Assembly (NCBI GenBank): GCA_025594325.1
Contig: JANHCV010000014.1
Span: forward strand, 434,001-498,000
Reading direction: 5' to 3'
From: Blastocladiella emersonii ATCC 22665
Taxonomy: Eukaryota; Fungi; Blastocladiomycota
DNA length: 64,000 nucleotides
The notes beneath the pieces were generated by a model that was given only the letters and a program-made list of their open reading frames with translations, made no database searches and was not told the DNA's origin. Both the position numbers and the translations under genes were made by a program. How positions within the stretch are numbered: position 1 is the first letter of the stretch; each line of letters starts with the position of its first letter. Shown one piece after another: positions 53,525 through 62,263 of this stretch.

Positions 53525-56284
53525 ATGGACCCACTCGAGGAGGACTACTTTTCCAAGGTCGCGCACGACGGGCACCTGGACAGCAGCAGCGACGACGATG
53601 ATGAGTGCACCACCACCGCGAGCACCTCCCGCGCCACCACACCGACGCCCGCCAACCCCAACCTCCTGCGCACGGGCAAGTCGGTCCGGTTCGCGCTCGA
53701 GCAGGCCGAGTCGGCCGATACGAGTCTGAGCTCGACCGCCGTTAACCGCGACACCGATGTGCTGCCAAAAAAGCTCGCCGACGATGGTGAACCCGACCCG
53801 CCGCCGCCGGTCCGCCTCGACGCGTCGTCCGCGTTCGACAAGCGGCTCGCGTCGCTGCGCCTCGCGATGCAGAGCGACACGGACCTCGAAGAGAGCGGCG
53901 ACCGCGAGCGCGCGACCATCGACCTGTTCCAGCGCCGCATCGACGCCATGACGCGCGACGCGCGGGACGCGGCCGCGCGCGCGGTGGCGACCGCCAAGAA
54001 GCCGAGTATCTCCGTCTCGCCCGCTACCCCTACCACCGCCGACAACGGTCCCGCAAAGCCGCCGTACCACGCGCCCCTGCGCGACGTGTTCCTGCGGTCC
54101 GTGTCGCTGTACCCGCTGTGGGTGCTGGCGTGGCTCGCGATGCGGCTCGTGTGGGCGAAAGCCGACCTGCTCGCCGCGCTCGCGCAGACGGCCGCGTCCG
54201 CGCAGTCCGGGTGCCAGACGCTGCTCGTCGTGCTCGAGATGCTGCCGACGGTCCCGCAGCGCGCCGTCGCCGCGACGGCGTCGGCCACGACGCAGGCCGC
54301 GCGGTCCGCCGTCACCGTCATGGCGGGCACGCTGATCCTGGGCGTGCAGCTCGGCAAGGCCGTGATCGTGCAGTTCGCGGCCTCGCAGACGCACGTGTGG
54401 CGGTGTCTCGTGGACATGGTCCTGCGCGCGACGTTCGGCGTGCTGAGCGATACCGTCGGCGAGGTGCAGGGCGTGTGGAACACGGCGGTCGCGCAGCTGA
54501 CGGGCGAGATCAACAAGATCATCGACGCGCTCAACGGGCAGCTGCTCGACTCGCTCGGAACGCAGTTCCAGGCCATTTTCGGCGGGCCGTCCATCACCAC
54601 GTCCGCCGTCCGGATCCCGCAGATCCCCGCCTCGCTCGCCGGCCAGTTCGTGATCCCGGACACGGTCGCGCAGTCGTTCACCGCGGCCCTCGGCAGCGTG
54701 CCGTCCGCCGGCGCGCTGTTCGACCAGCTCGAGACGGTTCTCGCGCAGCCCTTTGCAAAAGCCATGTCCGATATCGCGACCAACATGGCCGGGATCCTCG
54801 ACCAGATCCAGATCCCGACCCCCGAAGTCCCGCCCGCCACCGTCGCCATGTGGCGGTCCACGCCCGAGTGGCAGGCCCTGCAGCGGTGCGCGTGCGGGTC
54901 CGGGCTCGCCGACGCCATGGAGCCCGCGAAACTCGCCGTCGAGGCCGCCCTCGGGTGGTGGTGCCGCGCCGCCGCGTTCGCCGCGGGCACACTGTGGATC
55001 ACGCACCTCGTTTCTTTGGTGCTTGAGCGGTGGTGGACCCAGCGCCGCGGCGCGCGCCTGTCGCGGCTCTCCGCCGACGATCTCGTGTGGCGGACCGTCG
55101 CGCCGATGCAGTTCCGCCTCGTCGGCCTCGCCGCGAGCCTGATCGCCCTCGCGCGCCGCGTCACGCAGTCCGCCGACCACGCGACGGCCGCGTCGCTGCG
55201 CCGGCGGCACCGCCGCGCGGTCGTCTCCCCCGCCCTCGAGCGCCGCCTCGCGCGCGCCGCGGCGTTCCTCCTGCACCGGCCCATGTGGCTCCTGGTGCTC
55301 CCCGCGGCCGGCGCGCTCGCGGTGATCTGGATCCAGCGCCGCCTGTTCGCCGAGCTCGCCGCCGCGTGGGGCACGGATGTCGGGGTCGAGCGGCTCGTCG
55401 CGTCGACGGTCGCGAGCGTGATCGCGCGGGAACGCGGGCACCTCACGTCGCTGTTCGAGACGGGCGTGCACGAGGTCGAGCGGTCCATGACGGTCCTCCG
55501 CGAAGACCTGATCGTCCCCGTGGCCTCGCCCGTTCTCGCCGCGCTCACGGATATCAACGCGACGCTGACGCTGACCAGCGACATGATGACGTCGACGGTC
55601 CGCTCGCTCCTCGCACCCGTCCCCGCGATTCAGACACCGATGCTGACGCTCGTCCAGTGCATGGTCGGCGGCCAGATCGACGCCGTCAACGCGCTCTCGG
55701 CGGCGGTCCTCGACGCTACCGCGATCCCGCTCGCCGCCAACTGGACCCAGCCCGCGCTCGCCGTCCAGGACGCGATCGCCCTCGCACAGCGGACCGGCGA
55801 CGCCGTCGTCGCGTCCGTTGGGCCGGGCGCAGTGACCGCGGCCCGCGCGGCGCTCGCCAAGTATAACGCGCAGCTCGACCGCGAGCAGGACCTGGCCCTC
55901 GCCGCTCTGGGGGTTGCGCTCGCACCCCTGGCGGCCGGGTGGGCGATGATCGTGTTCGAGGTCGCGTGGCAACGCGCAAAGGAGGCGTACGCCGCGAGCT
56001 CCGGCGCGAAAGCGCGCAGCGCGTGGCAGGTGCACGCAGCCGTGGCGAGGCTCCGGCTCGCGCGCGGCGCGGGCGCGGCGAACGACGTGTGCGTGTGGTA
56101 CGCGCGGACACACGGCGGACGGGTTCTGTGCCGTGTGACGCCGGACGAGTCGGCGGTGCGCGCGGTCGTGGCGTGGTTCGCGTCGCTGGCCGTCGTCGCG
56201 ACGTGCTGGCCCGCGTACGCCGCGGCGCTGGGCGTGCGGGTGGTACTGCGCTCGCTTGTTGCGGTGCTCGATGTGGTACACTAG
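53525..56284 (+). CDS. PRM1: Plasma membrane fusion protein Prm1 homolog
   Basis: 919-aa multi-TM ORF. SAQSGC followed by an amphipathic helix, WRCLVDMVLRAT, and a distal VQCMVGGQI region with flanking TMs follow the Prm1 layout. Confidence 0.72.
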   Translation: MDPLEEDYFSKVAHDGHLDSSSDDDDECTTTASTSRATTPTPANPNLLRTGKSVRFALEQAESADTSLSSTAVNRDTDVLPKKLADDGEPDPPPPVRLDASSAFDKRLASLRLAMQSDTDLEESGDRERATIDLFQRRIDAMTRDARDAAARAVATAKKPSISVSPATPTTADNGPAKPPYHAPLRDVFLRSVSLYPLWVLAWLAMRLVWAKADLLAALAQTAASAQSGCQTLLVVLEMLPTVPQRAVAATASATTQAARSAVTVMAGTLILGVQLGKAVIVQFAASQTHVWRCLVDMVLRATFGVLSDTVGEVQGVWNTAVAQLTGEINKIIDALNGQLLDSLGTQFQAIFGGPSITTSAVRIPQIPASLAGQFVIPDTVAQSFTAALGSVPSAGALFDQLETVLAQPFAKAMSDIATNMAGILDQIQIPTPEVPPATVAMWRSTPEWQALQRCACGSGLADAMEPAKLAVEAALGWWCRAAAFAAGTLWITHLVSLVLERWWTQRRGARLSRLSADDLVWRTVAPMQFRLVGLAASLIALARRVTQSADHATAASLRRRHRRAVVSPALERRLARAAAFLLHRPMWLLVLPAAGALAVIWIQRRLFAELAAAWGTDVGVERLVASTVASVIARERGHLTSLFETGVHEVERSMTVLREDLIVPVASPVLAALTDINATLTLTSDMMTSTVRSLLAPVPAIQTPMLTLVQCMVGGQIDAVNALSAAVLDATAIPLAANWTQPALAVQDAIALAQRTGDAVVASVGPGAVTAARAALAKYNAQLDREQDLALAALGVALAPLAAGWAMIVFEVAWQRAKEAYAASSGAKARSAWQVHAAVARLRLARGAGAANDVCVWYARTHGGRVLCRVTPDESAVRAVVAWFASLAVVATCWPAYAAALGVRVVLRSLVAVLDVVH

Positions 56285-56311
56285 AGGACTCTCGAATATA
56301 TCTACCAAAAC

Positions 56312-59300
56312 TCAATCGCGGCCGCCCTTGCCACCCTTCTTCTTGCCGCCCTTGGCGCCCTTCTGGACGTCCGCGAGCTGCGGGGCAAACACCTTGACCT
56401 GAGCGCGCATCGTCGTGGTCCACTCGGGCTCGGGGATCCCGCGGATCAGGTTGGCCTCGTGCTCGGCGGCGGCCTTGGCGGCGGCGATGGCCGCGGGGCC
56501 GGACGTGCCAGCGGGCAGAGTTTGCGCGGCCTTTTGGAAAATCTGCACGCAGAGCTTGCTGGCTTTTCCCTTCTTCATGGTGCCCGGCGTGAGCTTGACC
56601 TTGTACTTGAACGAGGCGAGGGACGAGTACGGCGCGCACATGCACACGGCGTACTGCAGGCCGTCGCCGACGCGCGGCGCGCCCGTGAGCGAGTCGAGCA
56701 GCTCCGTGATCTGGTCGGCCGTGGTCTCGGTGCTGGCCGCGGCCGCGGCGTCGTCCTCCTCCTCGTCCTCCTCGGCCACGGGCGCAGCGGGCGTGTCGGG
56801 CTCGTCGTCGCCTTGCTCCGCAGCCGCGGCGGCGGCAGCAGCAGCCTGGGCGGCCTTCTCCTCGCGGCGCTGACGCGCGGCTTCGAGCTCGGCGTTGCGC
56901 TGCTCCTCGCGGAGCCGGGCCACCTCCTCGGCCTGCGCCTTGGCGGCGGCCTTCTTCTTCTCCTTCTTGCCCTTGGGCTGCGGGCCCTGGTTGGGCTTGA
57001 GCAGCGCCATGGCCAGCTCGCGCTCCTCGTCCGACTGGTCCGCGTACTTGGCCTTGGCCTTCTTGAGCTTGGCCTTCTTGCCGCGCACCTGCGACGGCGG
57101 CGGCGTGGCGGGCTGCGCGGGCGTGGGCGCCGGCTTGCCCTTACCGCCGGCCGCGGCCTTCTTGCCGCCCTTGCCCTTGCCGCCCTTGGCAGCGGGCTTG
57201 CCGCCGTCCTCGTCGTCCGAGTCGAAAGCGGCGCGCTTGGCCGCGGGCGGCGCGGGCGCGGGTGCCGCGTCGTCGCCGTCCTGATCCGCGGGAACGACGG
57301 CAGCCGAGCTGCCGCCCCTCTTGAGCTTGCGCCGCTCGGCGCGCGAGATGCGGGCGCCGGGGCCGCGCGACGATGGCGTTGAGCTGCGCGAGTCCTCGTC
57401 GGCGTCCTCGTTGTCGTCGTCGGCGTGGCCGTTGGTCGACGCGGCGGCGGGCGCAGCGGGTGCAGCGGGAGCGGGCGCGGCGGCGGCGGCCACTGCGGGT
57501 TCGTCGTCCGAGTCCGAGTCGGACTCGTCATCGTCGTCGGCTTCGTCGAGCATGAGCTGCTGGAGCTGCGCGATGAGCGAGGGGGCAGCGGGAGCGGCGG
57601 GGGCGGGGGCGGGGGTCGACTCGGCCACCTCGTCGTCGTCAGCGGCGGCAGCAGCAGGCGCGGCGTCTTCCTCCTGCTGCTCGACCTCGCCCTGCTCCTC
57701 GTCCTCGTCCTCGACAGCAGCGGGCGCCGCAGCACCGGCCTGGACGTGGCGCGACGCGCGCTCGCCGCGGTGTCCGTCGACCGACTCCTCGTCGAGGCGG
57801 AACACGATGCCCAACCCATAAACGAGCTGGGACGGCGGGAGCACGTTCTTCTTACCGCGGATCATGAACGAGCCGGTGGTGAGGTACTCGCCCGAGGGCG
57901 CGGACTTGGACACCTGGTTCCACCACACCCACCACGCGGATGTGACGATCTTGGAGTCCCACGCGCGCGACAGGCAGAGCGCCATGTTCCCGGCCTGGGC
58001 GAGCGTCGAGGGCGGGATCTCCGGGAAGCTGCCGTCGGGTCCCGCGCGCATGTTCTTGATGATGATGGACGGCGCGCCGTGCAGGTCGGCGTGCACGTAC
58101 ACGTCGCCGGGGCGCAGGTACCGCTTGACGAGGATCTCGTTCTGGTGCATGTCGCGGCCGCCGACGACCAGGTAGTTCTCGGACGAGATGAACCAGTGGA
58201 ACTTTTCGAACCACATGGGCTTGCGCAGCTTCGACAGGCCCGACGCGTTGGCCGTCTGCTTGGCCGCGGCCTCGAGGTCCTGCTTGATCTTGGACGCGGC
58301 CGACTTAAGCGCCTGCTCGGCCACCGCCAGCGTCTTCTGCTGCTTGAGCGCCGACTGCTTCTTGGTCGTGTACAGCCGCGCCGCGTTCTTCATCGCCGAC
58401 ACGTCGAGGTCGATGGGCACCAGGACCGACGCGTCGCGCGCCGGCTGCTGCGGCTGCGCGGGCTTGTCGCCGCCGTTGCGGTTCTTCTTCTTGCGCCGCG
58501 AGGAACCCGCACCGTCCTCCTCGTCGTCGTCGTCGGACCCGAACAGCCCCTCGCCATCCTCGTCGTCCGACTCGTCGGCGTGCGCGTCGGCCTCGTCCTC
58601 GTCGTCGTCGGCCGCCCACGGGTCGACGAGGCGCATATGGATGCGCGACACGTTGAGCTCGAGCTTCTCGATCGCGCTCGCGACGGGGTTCGCGCGGGCC
58701 TTTTCGTCGCGGACGAGCTCGTCGAGCTCCACCCAGTCCATGCCCGTAGCGAGGGCCGAGTTGATGACGGCAATTGCGGCGTCGACGAGCTCGGCGTGGT
58801 GCTCGACGATCTGGGCGCGGCGCACGGCGGCGCGCTGGGCCTCGGCGAGCGACTCGACGCGCGCGTCCTGCTCGGCCTCGATCGCGGCGAGCTTGCGGTG
58901 CGCGGCGGCCTCCTGGGCGCGCGCGCGCTGGATCGCGCGCTGCGACTCGAGCGCCGAAAAGTACGCGTCGGCCGCCGCGTTGAAGGTGGCGAACTCGGCG
59001 ACCATGGGCGTCCCCACGCGGTCCGCGTACTGCGCGAGGAGGACCGGGTGCACGTCCTCGTACATGGCGGCGACCGAGCCGTCGGCGGATCCGCCGTCCG
59101 TGATGATGTAACCCGCGAGGCGCGGCGCGTCGGGCGTCGGGTTGGCGACCGACTGCACGACCGACTCGGCGACGGCGAGCGCGGAAAGGACCGCGTCGGC
59201 GTCGGCCTCGGTCAGGCGTTGGTTGCCCTTGAGCCCCGCGGCGAGCAGACCGTGCTCGATGAGCGGGGTCGGGTACTCGGAGGCGGCGGCGAGGCACCGC

Positions 59301-59920
59301 TTGGCCTGGTCCTTGGGGTGCGCCGCGATCAGGTCGACGACGCGCTCGCGGGTCCAGGGCGCGGGCAGGTTGCCGCCGGCGGCGACGGACGCGAGCTTGG
59401 ACCCGACGCGGTACTGGTCCGTGTCGTTGAGCTTGACGACGCGCAGGACGGCGAGGATGGTCCAGTCGCCGTCGGTCAGCACGACGTTGCCCGAGGCGTA
59501 GAACTCGCACACGAGGTTGAAGTTGGACGACGCGAGCGGGTGGCCGCCGAACTCGAAGATGGCGACGCGGTCGCGCGCGAGCTGGCGCACCGCCGTCAGC
59601 CGGCGCTGGCGCAGGTGCTTGCGCAGCTTCATGGCGAACGGTGAGGGCAGCGGCGGCTTCTCGCGCTCAAACTCGGTCGAGTGCATCCGGATCCCCGACT
59701 CGATCAGCACCAGCTCCTTCTCCTCGGTCCGCGCAAACTTGAACAGGTACGTCTTGGCGTTGATGTCGTACACGTTCTGCAGCCGCATGCCGACCGTGCT
59801 GTAGGCGGTTTACGGCGGTTAGGGATCAGGTGGAGGGGCGAGTGGGGCAGGGGGCAGCACGCACCGCTGCAGATCCTGTACGACGGCGGCAATGTCGAGG
59901 GCCGAGAAGCGGGACTTCAT
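56312..59920 (-). CDS. RQC2: Ribosome quality control subunit Rqc2/NEMF (Tae2)
   Basis: Exon 1 MKSRFSALDIAAVVQDLQR and intron 59799-59864, then RLQNVYDINAKTYLFKF, FAMKLRKHL, WFEKFHWFISSENYLVVGGRD, APSGEYLTTGSFMIRGKKN, KYKVKLTPGTMKKGK. Confidence 0.95.
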
Positions 59921-60437
59921 GGTGTGGTGTGGTTGATGCGTAGCAGGTAGGCGAGAGCAGCCCGGTGCACCAAGTCGTGCGGGCGGGTGCTGTATATGAT
60001 CGCCGCGGTGAGGAGGAGGAGAAGAGCGCTTCGCCACCGTTCGACTCGAACGAAATTGACGCGCTCGTGCATCACCTGACCCGGCCGGATGAACTCGCGC
60101 CCGAAAATTGTCTCGCGGCGTGTCTCACACCCGCTCGTTTCGCGTCACTGCGTGGACTCTCTCGGATGATCTTGCACGCTGTTCCGGCTGATCATGTACC
60201 TGATGCTCTCGGAAGTCCCTGCGCTCGGGACATCTCGCGAATGATTCAATTGCGGCGCAGAACGCGTTTCACTCCCCGCAGGCATGCCCTGCGTCCGCAG
60301 GTTCACGCCGCGACGATTGCGGGCGAAGGAGGTTGAGTCGTAACCATGGCCTTGCCTGGGCGAGCTCTAAAGCCGATCGACCCCGAGTTAACATCAAAGC
60401 GATACTGCGATCCTACTCAGCAACCAAGACCGCGAAA

Positions 60438-61958
60438 ATGAAGCACGACGTCGTGGTCCCGAGTCTGCCCGAGGCCATCACCGAGGCCAAGATCATGGCG
60501 CGGCTCGCCGTACCCTGTATTACGGGATCCGTCCTGTCGTTCGCGAACCGCATGGTTCCAACGCTGCTCGTCGGCCATCTCGGCGCAACTGAGCTCGCGG
60601 CCGCATCACTCGCTGTCATGGTCCGTTGGTCGAGTGTCCTCGAGCGTGCCAAAATCTCAGTTTGAACACGCATCCGTTACGCTAGTTCTTGAACGTTCTG
60701 GGCTTCTCTATCTGTTTTGGTATCACGACGGCGCTCGACACGCTCGCATCGCAGGCCGTGACCGGGTCCAAAAACCCGCGCCAGGCCAGCATCTTCTTGC
60801 AGCGCGCCATCCTGATCAACCTCGCACTGATTGTTCCGCTGACCGCAGTGTGGTTCTGCACCCGAGCCGCTGCTTCTTCTGGTCGGGCAAGACGCGCAGC
60901 TCTCGCGCATGGCCGGCTACTACATTCGTGTCCTCTGGATCGGCCTATTCCCCATGGTCAGCAGCAACTGCCTCTCCAAGTACCTCATCGCGCAGGGCAT
61001 TATGCAGGTCCAGTTCCTCGTGTCGCTCATCACGGTCCCCATCAACGTTGGGCTCGGCTACGTACTCACCTTTGTCGACTGGCCGCTCAACCTTGGTTTC
61101 TACGGCACCGCAACGGCCAGCGCGGTCACCGAGATGCTCGCCTTGCTGCTCACGATTCTCTACACCTGGCGCGTCGACGGGTACCAGTGCTGGGCACCGT
61201 GGTCGCGCGAGGCCTTGCGCGACTGGAAGGGCTTCATCAAGCTCGGGTTCCCGGGTATGCTCATGATCTGCTCGTCGTGGTGGGTCTACGAGCTCATGGC
61301 GCTTCTCGCTGGCCTCCTTAGCCCGCTCCAGCTCGCGGCGCAAGCCGTTCTCATCAACACGGTCGCCACCCTCTTCATGGTGCTCGTGGGCCTCTCTATT
61401 GTCGCGGGCGCACGTTTTGGCAACTACCTCGGCGCGGGCGACGCGGCGGGAGCAAGCCGCGCGACCGTGGTCTCGGTGGCGCTGGGCGTCGTCACCAGCG
61501 TCGTCATGGCCGCGCTCGTGTTCGCGTTCCGGTCTTTCATCGCGTACGCTTTTACTAGCGACCAGGACATCGTAGCGCTCGTCGCTTCGGTCCTTCCTAT
61601 CATCCCGTTGTTCCAGCACCCCGACACGGCCGTGTGCGTCATCAACGGCATCTTCCGCGGCTGTGGCAAGCAAAAGGTTGGCGCGGGCTTCATCGCGGCG
61701 GCCTACTACGCGGTCGCTGTCCCGCTCGGAGTGCTCCTCACTTTCGTCGGCAAGCTCGGGATTGGTGGGATGTGGATCGGTCTTGCTTGTGCGCTCCTGA
61801 TCTGTGCGATCGCGCAGGTCGTGTACATGCTGCGAATCATCGACTGGCGCACCGAGGTCGAAGTGGCGATCGCGCGCGTCAATGGTGGGAGCGTGGGAGC
61901 GCTCGCGGCGGATGATGGAGATGGCGACACCGAGACGTTGGTGAATAAACTGGTTTAA
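60438..61958 (+). pseudogene. MATE family efflux transporter with one +1 frameshift (pseudogene or sequencing error)
   Basis: VGHLGATELAAASLA, GITTALDTLASQA, LGFPGMLMICSSWW.YE, GIFRGCGKQKVGA. Intron 60621-60685. Removing one C at 60861-60863 restores CTEPLLLLVGQD. Confidence 0.85.
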
Positions 61959-62128
61959 ATATAGCTTTCTCGTCGGCATTAAATACAGCACAAAGGACTT
62001 GCGTGGGTAGGGGGCATGAGGTTACAAGGGGTGCTGCTCGACCTCGGCCCAGGGCCCTCGGCTAAAAACAATCGCAAACCAACGTTTATACGCGGTGGTT
62101 TTGCATTGCGCGAACCGTCGTGCGATTA

Positions 62129-62164
62129 GCGGTGCTGGTGCGAGACGCGGTGCTGGTGCGAGAC
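62129..62164. repeat. 18-bp tandem duplication
   Basis: gcggtgctggtgcgagac x2, abutting the ACGCGT half-site. Confidence 0.9.
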
Positions 62165-62192
62165 GCGTTGAAAAACCAGGCGACAACACGTG
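62163..62192 (+). promoter_or_regulatory. Composite element ACGCGT-N18-CACGTG (copy 3)
   Basis: acgcgt(62163-68), 18 nt, cacgtg(62187-92); about 70 nt upstream of ATG 62264. Confidence 0.6.
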
Positions 62193-62263
62193 ATGGTCCC
62201 AAGCGCCAAATTTGCGGTCGGCTTTTCGTCGCCTCGCCGCTCCCAATCGATGAACCGGACACC

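Noticed and set aside
125-59788. Hundreds of long overlapping or antisense ORFs rich in R/A/G/P (e.g. 1698-2876, 31418-33427, 53408-56308, 57425-59644)
   Set aside because: Shadow frames of high-GC3 genes, where stops are rare; no recognisable motifs.
59965-60336. 123-aa ORF between RQC2 and the MATE gene
   Set aside because: GTG start, lies in the divergent promoter region, no recognisable domain.
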